Part shown: piece by piece, positions 50,601 to 60,384 of the stretch
Layout: every line of letters begins with the position of its first letter
How positions within the stretch are numbered: position 1 is the stretch's first letter
IMG/VR virus record: IMGVR_UViG_3300035497_000412
Source: a virus
Lineage: Duplodnaviria; Caudoviricetes
Reading direction: 5' to 3' (one strand)
DNA length: 64,000 nt
Notes under the pieces: generated by a model
Told to the model about the DNA's origin: nothing
What the model saw: the letters and a program-made list of their open reading frames with translations, nothing else
The model's database searches: none
Translations under genes and position numbers: made by a program

Positions 50601-53284
50601 AACGTCTCACCCAACTCTAAGTCTTGAATACGTGCAAATAAAGTTTTAACTTAAACATTCTAATAGGTGCGCAACGCCTACTACGTTCTCTAACGAACTG
50701 CTTATACTTTCGTATAAGAATAGACCATATCTTAACCTATGTGGCATAATTAGGTAAAAATTATTTCTTCCGCCATCAGCTTGCGGTTTTACTCCTCTTT
50801 ACGAGGATGGTCGTTGAACTTAAAAAGGTAATATGTCTAAATTAAGAAATTTTCCTTTACGATAAATTAATTCGTAAAGAGGTATATTATATTTTTTACA
50901 ATATTTTCTTTTTCTTTCATCTCTTTCTTGGATTATCTCCAAAGAATTGTGAAAGATTGCTCTTTGTTCAAAGTGTTGTTCTCCTTGAACTTCAACAAAA
51001 CATATTAAATTATTATTGCTATCATAAACTCCAAAATCAAATCTCTACCGTCCTAACTATTCAACTTTAACCTGTTCTTTAAAAGCAATGTTTCTCTCAG
51101 TCAAATAATTAGCTATATAGGTTTCTCCTTTAGATTTCCATCTATCACATTTTGGACAACCTCTAGAAGCCATTAAACTAATCTAGTCAGTTTTAAAAAT
51201 TAAACCGCATTTTAAACATTTGTATGTATTCTTTTCTAACTGCCCATTGTAAGTCAATAGCTAAATTGTATTATAGAACTCAGCATCAATTCTTTCTTGG
51301 ACTTCAGATAATGATAGCATATTTGCTTGTTTAGAGGTTTCACAATATTTACAAGCAAAAGGACTCTATAGACAAGCCTAAATATTTCTTTTAATATCAT
51401 TTCCACAATTTTTATGATAAATTATAACATTGTCTTTATCAATTTTCTTAATTAGATCAAAATCTTCATTATCTTTATATATTTTTTCTAATTTCTAGTA
51501 TTTAGTAAGCCCTTCTTCTTTACAGCATTTATAATTCTTCAAAAAATTATTTGCTGATTTTTTATAATGTTCTTTCCCACAATAACAACATTTTAAACGT
51601 GCTGGATTTGTAATAGCAGAATATTCTAATATTTCTACCTTTTGTTCTGGAAAAGAATTATAAAATCTTTTTAAAAATTCTTCTTTATCAACTCGTTTAG
51701 ACATTTTTCTTTCTCCTTTATTAAGTGCTGATTGTCCATTCTTGATTAGTTAGGTCTATGCCAAACCATATAATCATCCATTTACTTATTTCTACTTTCG
51801 TTCTTAGTTTAATTATAGAAAGAATTTATATTAAACTAAGCAAAATGGCTTTAGGAGTTTCCAGCTTTTAAATTTTTTTATGCCCTTAACTCAAGGCATT
51901 ACCAACTGTATCTGCGCTCTGCCGTGTTTCTGCGACTACAGTAGCCAAAGCAGAAGTCGCATACTCGTAACTTAAACCTACTGTTTGAGCAACTGCCGCG
52001 TATTTTTCAAGACCTTCTGCAATTTCCGCAGAGCTAGAAGCCGTACTAGCGCCTAATGCTGTAATAACATCAGCATAGTATTCTAGCGATTTAGAACCAT
52101 CCTCGAAGTTGTTCCAAATTGCAGTCATCTGCTCTGAAACGGTTTCAGCACTTTCGCCCGTCACATTAGCTAATTTAATAGTCGTTTCAGTACGCTTAGT
52201 GACGTCTTCTCCTTCCAACTTTACATTCTACTTGGCTCGCTACTTCCAAGCACGTTCTCTTATGAACTGCCATCAGCCTTTCGGCAATGGAATAGACTAT
52301 ATCTTACCTAATTGAGTCTCCCTATAACTCTAGGTATTCCCTTTTCGACTCGCTTGAGCCTACTCCCCTTTGACTGGGGATAGTCGTTGAACCTTCTTCA
52401 TTTTTTTTGAAGCTTGGCTGCGGATTGTCCAATCTTTTACCTTTTTACTCTACCCATGGGAATTAGCCGTGGCCATTAAAGTTTGTCTTTAATTTAGTAG
52501 TAAAAGCTCTAAGGATTTCCCCGCAATTAAAGAATTTTTAGGGCAATAATTCATTTTCCTGACAAAATTACATAAAAAAAATTATAAATACTATCCAAGT
52601 TTTTATAATTCTATCTTCACGAAAAAATATTTATTTTCCCTATTGGAAATAAATTAGGGAAGCATCTGTATAATTTGTGGTAGTTGTACTTAACGCTTTA
52701 GCTGCTTTATTTGCCTATTCTGCAAACTCAGCCATCTAATCCGTATTATATCCAGTAACAATACGAATATTATTTAAGGACTCATTTAAATCCTAAGCAT
52801 ATCCATAAGCAGAAGACAAAGAAGACATAAACCCGTGAATGATAGTAGAAGAAATTTGCCATTTTGCAGTATTCTTCAGAGTAACTGCAAAATCAGATAA
52901 TAATGCACTAGTACGTTTAAGAGGAGCTTCTGCTGTAGCAATAGACTGAGCGACCTTTAAAAATGCCTAATCTCCTTCTACTCCAAGAGCCGATAACTTA
53001 TTGGAATACTCTTGTAAAGAAGTCCCAGACTACTTCAAGGACGCATTAAAAGCTGTTAAATCTAGTTTTCCTGTTGAACTATTAAATGCCTATGATAATG
53101 ACTAACTTAATTGCGCCGCTGCAAGTTGCGCTTCTTGTATTTCCTTGGTTATAGGCAATTGCTAACCAGACACTGTTGACCCAGAACTTAATTTATTTAA
53201 ATCATTTACTAAGGTCTAAATTTGCGTTTTAGCCGCACTAGTGTCTGCAGTAAACGCTAGATTAACATTTAACTGTGTACTCAT
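41664..53284 (-). CDS. Tape measure protein (~3225 aa), four exons: 53284-52637, 52218-51894, 50649-50426, 50144-41664
   Basis: Spliced TMP core: LNNIRIVTG...YTDASLIYFQQG|LEGED...TRQSADTVGNAF|KTLFARIQD...VAG|VRQYTQL. Long Ala-rich helical body with dense TAG=Gln; C-terminal YDTGGYTG.W...LHQKELVLN. All ORF fragments are in frame. Confidence 0.88.
50145..50425 (-). ncRNA. Group I intron 3 of tape measure (281 nt)
   Basis: Exon AGCGGGT pairs with IGS GCTCGCT; P AATTGCGGGGAA, Q AATCCGCAG, R TTCAACGACTA, S AAGATATAGTCT; omega-G at 50145. Confidence 0.9.
50650..51893 (-). mobile_element. Group I intron 2 of tape measure (1244 nt) carrying a homing endonuclease gene
   Basis: Exon TGCCT pairs with IGS GGGCA; P7 covaries (GACCA/TGGTC); ORF lies between Q and R; splicing gives GCC T|TT AAA (AFK). 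Confidence 0.9.
50820..51704 (-). CDS. Intron-encoded homing endonuclease (zinc-ribbon repeats plus Vsr/PD-(D/E)xK-like domain, ~294 aa)
   Basis: With TAG=Q: repeated CxxC(G), GCPKC, SKGE..I..YL, RFDF, VEVQGEQHF, RDERKRKYC..NNIPL; AAGGAG RBS. Confidence 0.8.
52219..52636 (-). ncRNA. Group I intron 1 of tape measure (~418 nt; atypical 5' splice site)
   Basis: Complete P/Q/R/S core closely similar to intron 3; omega-G at 52219. IGS GCCCTA (52544-52539) pairs with exon TAGGG, but the last exon base is A. Confidence 0.8.
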
Positions 53285-53319
53285 TTACCTACTCCTTTCT
53301 CTCCTTTTATCAAATAAAA

Positions 53320-53361
53320 TAAAAAATCGGGCACAAGAAGAATAATCTCTCGTGCCCGATT
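53320..53361 (-). terminator. Terminator-like hairpin before the tape measure
   Basis: AATCGGGCAC / GTGCCCGATT stem, T run on the - strand. Confidence 0.65.
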
Positions 53362-53395
53362 ACTCCTATATTTTTTAAAAATATAGTTCATTTAA

Positions 53396-53920
53396 TTATC
53401 CCAACTTGGTTAAAACATCTTTTAGCAAACTCATATTATCAGGGTCTGCTAACTTTTGCTGGATTGAACCAGCATCTAAATCAAGATTGCTATAATCTCT
53501 AGATATTGAATCTAAAATCCCCAGCGCAGAGTTACGATACTTATAGATTTCTGTAATAGAGTCATGCACCGCCGCAATTAGATCACCATATTCATCTCTA
53601 GGGATCACCGCAATAATCTGATTATAAAGTCCAGTCCCAATTAGCAGATCATATAGCTTACAAGGGTCTTCTAACTGCTTCTCTGTAAAGGAAATATTAG
53701 TATAAAAATCTACTACCTCCAAAGCAGTAAAAATATCAATCTTTACTGGATTTATAAAATTGTTATCATCCTGAGACTTATTTACTACGTTAGAAATCAG
53801 CATAAGCTTATCATTAACGGGAAGGTAACATTTTACTTCGATATTCTAATCATTCCAGGTAATAGTCTCAACTTTTTGGTTCTTTGTTAAACCAAGCTTG
53901 GTAAATGAAACTTTAGACAT
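53396..53920 (-). CDS. Hypothetical protein, possible tail assembly chaperone
   Basis: Start ATG 53920 (MSKVSFTKLGL) through one TAG; position immediately before the TMP. Confidence 0.65.
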
Positions 53921-53952
53921 AAGTTTCCTCCTTTTACTCTTTTCTTATGGGT

Positions 53953-53981
53953 ATTATAACATAATTTTTTTAGTTTGTCAA
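53953..53981 (-). promoter_or_regulatory. sigmaA-type promoter inside the late region
   Basis: TTGACA-N17-TATAAT with extended TG. Confidence 0.8.
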
Positions 53982-55045
53982 TTAAAATTTGATTTAGAAA
54001 TACTAATACGCATAAATGCCTATCCAGGACTATTTAACATTTTATCAATAATTTCTGAAAATATTTTTGCAGTACTTTTGACATATATACTTCCGTGAGG
54101 ATCATTATATATTAAATATTTCGCTTCACCATAAGACTATCCATTGTATTTAATACCAGTACCCATTAATTCATATAAATACCGTATATGATAAAAATGA
54201 GAAGCTACTGAAATATCTCCTTTATCAATCATATTTAAACCGGCAAAGAAAGCACTTTGTGCAGTTTTATCATCATATCCTAAATCTAATAAGACACCAA
54301 CAATAGAACGATAAATATTACTACTTCCTAAAGATAATGTTGTATGCCCAGTCTACTGTACGAATTCTTTTAATTCCTAGTCCCATGTCATACTATCATA
54401 GTTTTTAGCTGTAAATGTGGCGTCCTTTAATAAATTATAAATCTAAAGCATTTCTGGAGTTGGATTTGATTTTATATCAATTTCATATCCTTTTACATCG
54501 ATCTTACCATCGATTTCTGGCAAATAATATGCTAACATTTTTTTTCCTTCTAAGGTAGTAATGTATCGCTATGATTTAGTTCCAATTTTTTTTAACATTT
54601 TTTGTATATTTTTATCTGATAATGTTTTCTCAGTAAAATCTATAGAAGTTCCTAACTAACCACCAATATTAACTTGTTTTTCATCAAATTCAAATAATTC
54701 ATCAGCAGACATTGATTCATAAACAGCATGAATTACATCAGTTAATTCTTTTTCAAAAACCGTTCCTCCACGACGCTAAAAAAGGTTATTTATATTATAA
54801 TTAGAATTTCTTGATATTCCATAAGACTAAATATTTTCTAAAATTATGCGTATAGTTTCATTTCCTATAGGATCGTTAGAATTATAAACAGCTGCAACAG
54901 ATTTTAATTCCTAAAAAAAATTCTATAATAATTGTGCATTAACATCATCAATATTAGCTTTAAAAGAATATTTATTGACGATACTCTAATGTACCATATT
55001 CATAAAAGATGTAACTTTCATACGATTATTACCGTTATAATACAT
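53978..55045 (-). CDS. Hypothetical 355-aa protein, possible PD-(D/E)xK nuclease-like fold
   Basis: Open only with TAG=Q (about a dozen TAGs); AAGGAGG RBS; GTVFE...KIDV...TAKNY spacing. Confidence 0.65.
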
Positions 55046-55069
55046 TTATTTTCCTCCTTTTTCTCAAAC

Positions 55070-55113
55070 TAAAAAAAATAAAAGGGGAGAGATATTTTCT
55101 ATCTCTCCCCTTT
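55070..55113 (-). terminator. Terminator after the tail tube gene
   Basis: AAAGGGGAGAGATA / TATCTCTCCCCTTT hairpin with T tail. Confidence 0.85.
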
Positions 55114-55123
55114 CTTAAATTAA

Positions 55124-56439
55124 TTACTCAGCAGGACGCTCAGTGGTCATAGTATCGGGATCAACCACAACACCATAATCATCCACAACATCCATAGACT
55201 TAGTTCTCTGACGCTTCAGCTCACTAGAAGCCTCGCCGCCCACGATCTGCAGGGCCGCAAGAACCTTCTTAGTCTTATTGAAACGAGTATAATCAGGGAA
55301 CGCATCCATAGTAAAGGTAAATGTCAATATCTTCCAGTAAGCTCGCTACTGCTTACTGCGTTCTCTTATGAACTGCTTATAGTTTCCTATAATGTTGAGA
55401 CTATATCTTCATCTTATTTAAATAAATAAGAGATTCCCATTTCCACTCACTTGAGTGTACTTCCTTACGGAATAGTCGTTGAACTTTCTTCTAAAAATAA
55501 GTTTTTAGAAGCTTAGCTGCTGATTGCCCAATCTTTATAATTTTCAAACATTCACGCTTGTCATTACTGACTACGTTGTAGTTTATAAAGCTCTAAGGGT
55601 TTTCCAGCAATTAAGGAATTAAACTTCTCGGCTTGTCATCAAGCCGCCAAGCGCATTTGTCCACTTGGATCTCCACTAGGAGCCATAGTAAATGTGAAGT
55701 TAGACTGAATCTTGCAGTTAGGAATCACAAACTCAGCAGGCCAGTCAACACCGTTAGTATCACGGAATGTAGTAGAAGCTTCCAGATAATAGTTACCACC
55801 GAACTTATCAGCAGTAATATCAATCTGCTGGACGCCAGAAGCCTTCTCAGTATAGTAGTCCACCAGAACCACACAGCCATCATAGAACACACTCAGATCA
55901 TCAGTAGCTTTCAGAGTAATGGTCTTATTCTCAACATCCACAGTCTCAGGAATATAAGGTTCAGAACAAACTTCACCATTCTGCATCATCATCACATAGA
56001 TGTAGTCCTCACCATCAGCATCATAAGGGACATTATCAAGGTCAATAGTCACCTCAGACACCAGATAGTCGTCATCACCATAAGAGCCACTAGAGGTCAC
56101 ATGAACATCAGCAGTCTGCTCAATAGTGTGAACTTTAATAGTATTCTCTTCATCAGGCTCAATCAGACCAGCGCCAGACAGCAGCATGAAACCAGCAGGA
56201 GAAATCAGAGCATCCTCCATGGTAAAGGTGATTGTACGCTCACCGTCCCAAGCGATCAGACGGGGGTTACCATTACCACCCTGGGCATACACTGTAGTAG
56301 CAGCACCTTCTAGACTAGAAGTCTTTAAAGTATCAAAATAAATGACAGGCTCGTTCTTATAAAAAATCTTATTGCCGACTTTTTGCGCTGCCTTAGCTTT
56401 CAGCACGACATCGCATACATTACGAACACCATACTTCAT
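55124..56439 (-). CDS. Major tail (tube) protein, split by a group I intron (exons 56439-55663 and 55324-55124; ~325 aa)
   Basis: MKYGVRNVCDV...YAQGG.GNPRLIAWDGER; spliced C-terminal motif SGDPS|TFTFTMDAFP; high-expression codon bias, no TAG. Confidence 0.85.
55325..55662 (-). ncRNA. Group I intron in the tail tube gene (338 nt, no ORF)
   Basis: Exon CCAAGT pairs with IGS GCTTGG; AAATG pairs with 3' exon CATTT; P AATTGCTGGAAA, Q AATCAGCAG, R TTCAACGACTA, S AAGATATAGTCT. Confidence 0.92.
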
Positions 56440-56467
56440 AGTATATATTTTCCTCCTTATTTGTTAA

Positions 56468-57196
56468 TTAATGAATATTTTTCATCCAATTGTCCGGCTT
56501 ATCGTCAGGTTTACCACCAGCCAAACGAGATCGAATATCAATATCCCAATTAATATATAGCGAGTATCTTTCAACTAAATCATATAATTGGTAAAGAGTT
56601 AGATTTAAACAATCTTCCAGAGACATAGAATTTAATCCAACTGTCAAAGTTGATAGATACTAACTAAGTGAGCTTGCGGCCGAGCTTCCTTTTTCTGCGG
56701 CAACTCTTTGCTAACCCCGCATAATTTTCTAAGCTATTCTAGCAGCTTCCTCATTTGCAGGATTAAAACCTTCCTATCCCATAGGTCCAGAGTTAAAACA
56801 GAATATTTCTTTTAATGCACCCTAAAATATATCAAAATTAGTATCATCCAACATAACTGATTCACTATTCTCTTGGCTTAACATAATAGCCCTTGGCGTA
56901 ACTAACATTTTATATTCAGGACATACTAATTTAAAGACTTCCTCTACCGCATTCTTTTTATCTCTTGTCTCTTTCTATGACATTATCGTCATTAATATCT
57001 AAAAATTGGTTGCTTCTGATAGAACTATTTCGTCCTGAGTAAACATAGTTTTATTAACACATAATGTTTGCGCTCCTACGAAAAAAGTCTATTCTCCAAT
57101 TAAAGCAATTTCTTTTATGCGAGGCTAATGAAGAACTATTTTGCATTCTGGAACTGGAATATTAGTTCCAGCCATTAAGGCTAATCGAATATCCAT
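56468..57196 (-). CDS. Hypothetical morphogenesis protein (242 aa)
   Basis: Open only with TAG=Q: MDIRLALMAGTNIPVPEC..LHQPRIKEIA...LTLYQLYDLVERY...WMKNIH; absent from the ORF track. Confidence 0.75.
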
Positions 57197-57786
57197 TATT
57201 TTTTGGAATTAAATAAATCATTAAAATCAGCCAAATATTGTTCTTCATTCTGCGGGTTCGGCTAACCCTTTTTATCCTCCTCGCCATGAACTGCGTTATA
57301 CAACAAACACAAACCAGCAAATTCATCAGTTAAAACCATTTGAGTCATTCCAAGAAATTTTAAAGTTCCGATTCCTGTTAAACGCTTATCGTTAAACATT
57401 GTATCAATTTCAGCGGCAATCTTGTAAGGCCGCAATTCAAAATCTCTCATTGGCCACTAATCAAAATGGCAAATAATGTCAAACTCAACAACGTTATCTC
57501 TAAATTCTGGGTTTTTAGCATTTGGAGTAAAATTATCAAAATTTACAATGATATAATTTAATACATTTTTATCAACAACCAACTTAGGAACATTTTTAAT
57601 GTTTTTATTAATAAGACTCAAACTTTGATCTTCTGTCAAATTTGGCTTATCTAAACAATCCTTAGTTGTATAATAAAGCATCTTTTTTAGCCTGTTATTT
57701 TTAAGCATCTTATCAACAATGATACTCATATCTTTTTCAATTGATAAAAAACTAGATTCAGGCCATTGATATTTTTCAATCTTCAC
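57196..57786 (-). CDS. Tail completion/terminator-like protein
   Basis: ORFs 57457-57786 and 57262-57450 joined through TAG (ICHFDQW); position in the head-tail block. Confidence 0.65.
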
Positions 57787-57805
57787 AGCTAATCTCCTTT
57801 AACTC

Positions 57806-58864
57806 TTAAAACAAAGACTCTACCACTATAACTTTTGTATAAGGCCCGTATGATAACTCAAACTGTCCGCTATAAGAGGAAGTCCAAGTGATCGATATTG
57901 TTTTATCTTTAATTGACTCAATCTTTACAGGATATTTTTTATTATCTATAGTCCAAGTACTCTTAATATTACCCTTATATTCAAATGTATAACTCTTTTT
58001 AGGTTTAATAAAGGTTTCACCCTCTATTTTATTATTCACTTTCTCAGAGTTAGGGGCAATTGGCTTAGTGATCAAATTACCAGCCAATACGCCATCATCT
58101 TCAGTTTCATTTGCATAATATTCTTCCGCATTTACTTCCAAAATACCAGGCATGCTTAAAGAGTCAACGGCCTCAACTCGCCAGCAAATATTTGTATCTC
58201 CGTCTTCAATGCCAGTTAAATAAAATTTACTATATCTTTTAAAAAAAGACAAAGTGTCTTTATTCTTAGGCATTAAAATATTTAAACTGAAATTAGGAGT
58301 ATCAACACTGATAGTATGCTTTTGAATATAATTAATCTAAGTCTCTACTGGACCTCTTAATGCGCAATAAGTGCTATGTAATTCTCCATCATCATCCAAC
58401 CACTAAATCTGATAGGAACAACGACGAATATTACATCTAAAAAAAGCTAATTCTGTTAATTCTTGTAAATAACAGAGCCAATAAGTATTTGTACCAAGCC
58501 ATTCAAAAACTGAACCTGGCTAAAAGTTATATTCATATCCTACAGAAAGAATTTTCTCATCATAATCCTATTTAACCTTATCTGGATTAATTAATGCCTT
58601 AACGGGTTCTTTGTCTTCGGCATCCACGCGCACAATTTCTGCGGCTTGGAAAGAAAACCATACTGCATGATCTAAAGAACGGCGTTTATCTTTTATCATT
58701 CTTTCCTACTATAGATTACCGCCATTTTCTAAAAAATGAATAGACTACTTATTTACACCTTCTAAACTTCCCGTTGGATTAAAAGGCTTTTTCCCATAAA
58801 TTCCTAATCTTCCCTACATAAGTCTATACGGATGTTTACTACTTAAATCATACCCGGACGCCAT
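57806..58864 (-). CDS. Head closure/neck protein (~352 aa)
   Basis: Start ATG 58864 with many TAG=Q, in frame with ORF 57806-58273; position after the head-tail connector. Confidence 0.65.
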
Positions 58865-59162
58865 GAGAAATCTCCTAAAGCAAACTAATAGATTCAAAAA
58901 CTGTTTTCCTGTATAGTTCAAAACTTATGTCAGGTTTTATTTGTAAGCCTTCAAGCTTACTAAGCATCTATAAAAATTGCGGAGTATCAATAAAAATTTC
59001 ATTCAACCCCGCAATTTCAATAATAACTGTATTTAATTGTCGAACCCAATCTTCTTGATGTTCACGCATTGGAATTAATTTCCAAAGTTGGTTTGTTAAG
59101 CGCTTCACATCTTTATCTAAAATTTCTATCGGAATATCAAAATTATATTTAGTCAATAGCAC
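58848..59162 (-). CDS. Hypothetical protein (head-tail region)
   Basis: ORF 58968-59162 extended through two TAGs to TGA. Confidence 0.7.
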
Positions 59163-59730
59163 TAGACTCTCTTAAAATTGACCAATTGGAAGAATACATT
59201 CCATCTGTCAATTTTCTCCTTTTATAAAGTCTTTGCATATGAAACTAATCTCTGCGGGACTCCTCTAAAAGAGTCAAAAGTTTAGACAAATGATTTGCTT
59301 GGCTAGTCATTTTAAAATCCGCATTAGTATATTTCATTCTTGTATTCTCGATAGAAGTAACTTGACGCTGAACCCAACTCTATTTCATAATACACGCCAA
59401 GATATTAATTTCTTCTGCGGTTAGCTCTGCCGCAAAATAAGATCGGTCAACTGTAACTTTAGGAATCTATGTTGCGTCTTCTGGATCGATTAAATCTCCC
59501 CAAATTGTACCTAAGATAAAATCATCAGGTAACACATCTGTTTCATCGATTTCTTCAACCTAAACAGTATAATCATAAAGATTTTGCCTAGGAAATTCGA
59601 ACCCTGGAATCGCATCAATTAATAAGTTCTATAAATCTTTAATGGTATCTTCTGGAGTTAACTCCATATACATATCATCGGTAATTTTCTCAAGAAAGCG
59701 ATTATATACAGTAGCAAATAACGTCTACAT
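59149..59730 (-). CDS. Head-tail connector/adaptor-like protein
   Basis: MQTLFATVYNRFLEKITDD (codon 2 = TAG)...LTAEEINILA...FKMTSQANHLSKL; absent from the ORF track. Confidence 0.7.
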
Positions 59731-59754
59731 CTGTTCTCGCCCCCATTTCAAAAA

Positions 59755-60291
59755 TTATTCAGTAGCAGAATTTACCACTTTATAATTAGTAGTTGTTCTA
59801 CGAGCCGTAGTAGTAGTAGTAGTTGTAGAAGCATCCTCATCATTCTTATCAAGAGCCGCATTAGCAATAGCTGTGCTAACATCAAAGCCAGTCTTTTCCT
59901 TTAAAGCATCTCTTTTAGTGATGTCATTCAAAGGAAGAGAAATCGCATACTTCTTAATTAAATCAATCACACCAACAGGCGCAAAATCTAAGCAGTCCAG
60001 AAAAGCTTCAAGAGAACCGCTAGTCAGCAGCTCAACGATCTGCTCCTCAGACATATAATATTCATTTTCAGTATGAACGTTCAGATTGTTTGTAACAGTC
60101 TCATTCATAATCTGAAGGAAATTAGCCATTAAAGAACGTCCGCCAGCTTGATAAGAAAGCTTTTCCAGCTCGTCATAAGAAATCTTCTTAGACTCACCGG
60201 GCGCAAACTCTCTACGGATACCCAGCTCAGGAATCCGATAAACCACCATGCTAGCGCTTCTATTCTTCACATTATAAGTCTTATTATCCAT
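59755..60291 (-). CDS. Hypothetical protein downstream of the capsid gene
   Basis: 178-aa intact ORF with AAGGAG RBS. Confidence 0.8.
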   Translation of the reverse strand: MDNKTYNVKNRSASMVVYRIPELGIRREFAPGESKKISYDELEKLSYQAGGRSLMANFLQIMNETVTNNLNVHTENEYYMSEEQIVELLTSGSLEAFLDCLDFAPVGVIDLIKKYAISLPLNDITKRDALKEKTGFDVSTAIANAALDKNDEDASTTTTTTTARRTTTNYKVVNSATE

Positions 60292-60314
60292 TTAAAAAAT
60301 CTCCTTTATCTCTT

Positions 60315-60357
60315 AAAAAAAATAACGGGGAGAAGAGAAGCTATTTCTCTTCTCCCC
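60315..60357 (-). terminator. Terminator after the major capsid gene
   Basis: GGGGAGAAGAGAA / TTCTCTTCTCCCC hairpin with T tail. Confidence 0.85.
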
Positions 60358-60384
60358 TAACAAAAGCCTTATTTAAAAATAAGA

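Noticed and set aside
53284-53920. Programmed -1 frameshift typical of tail assembly chaperones
   Set aside because: No clear slippery heptamer near the gene end and no second ORF before the TMP start.
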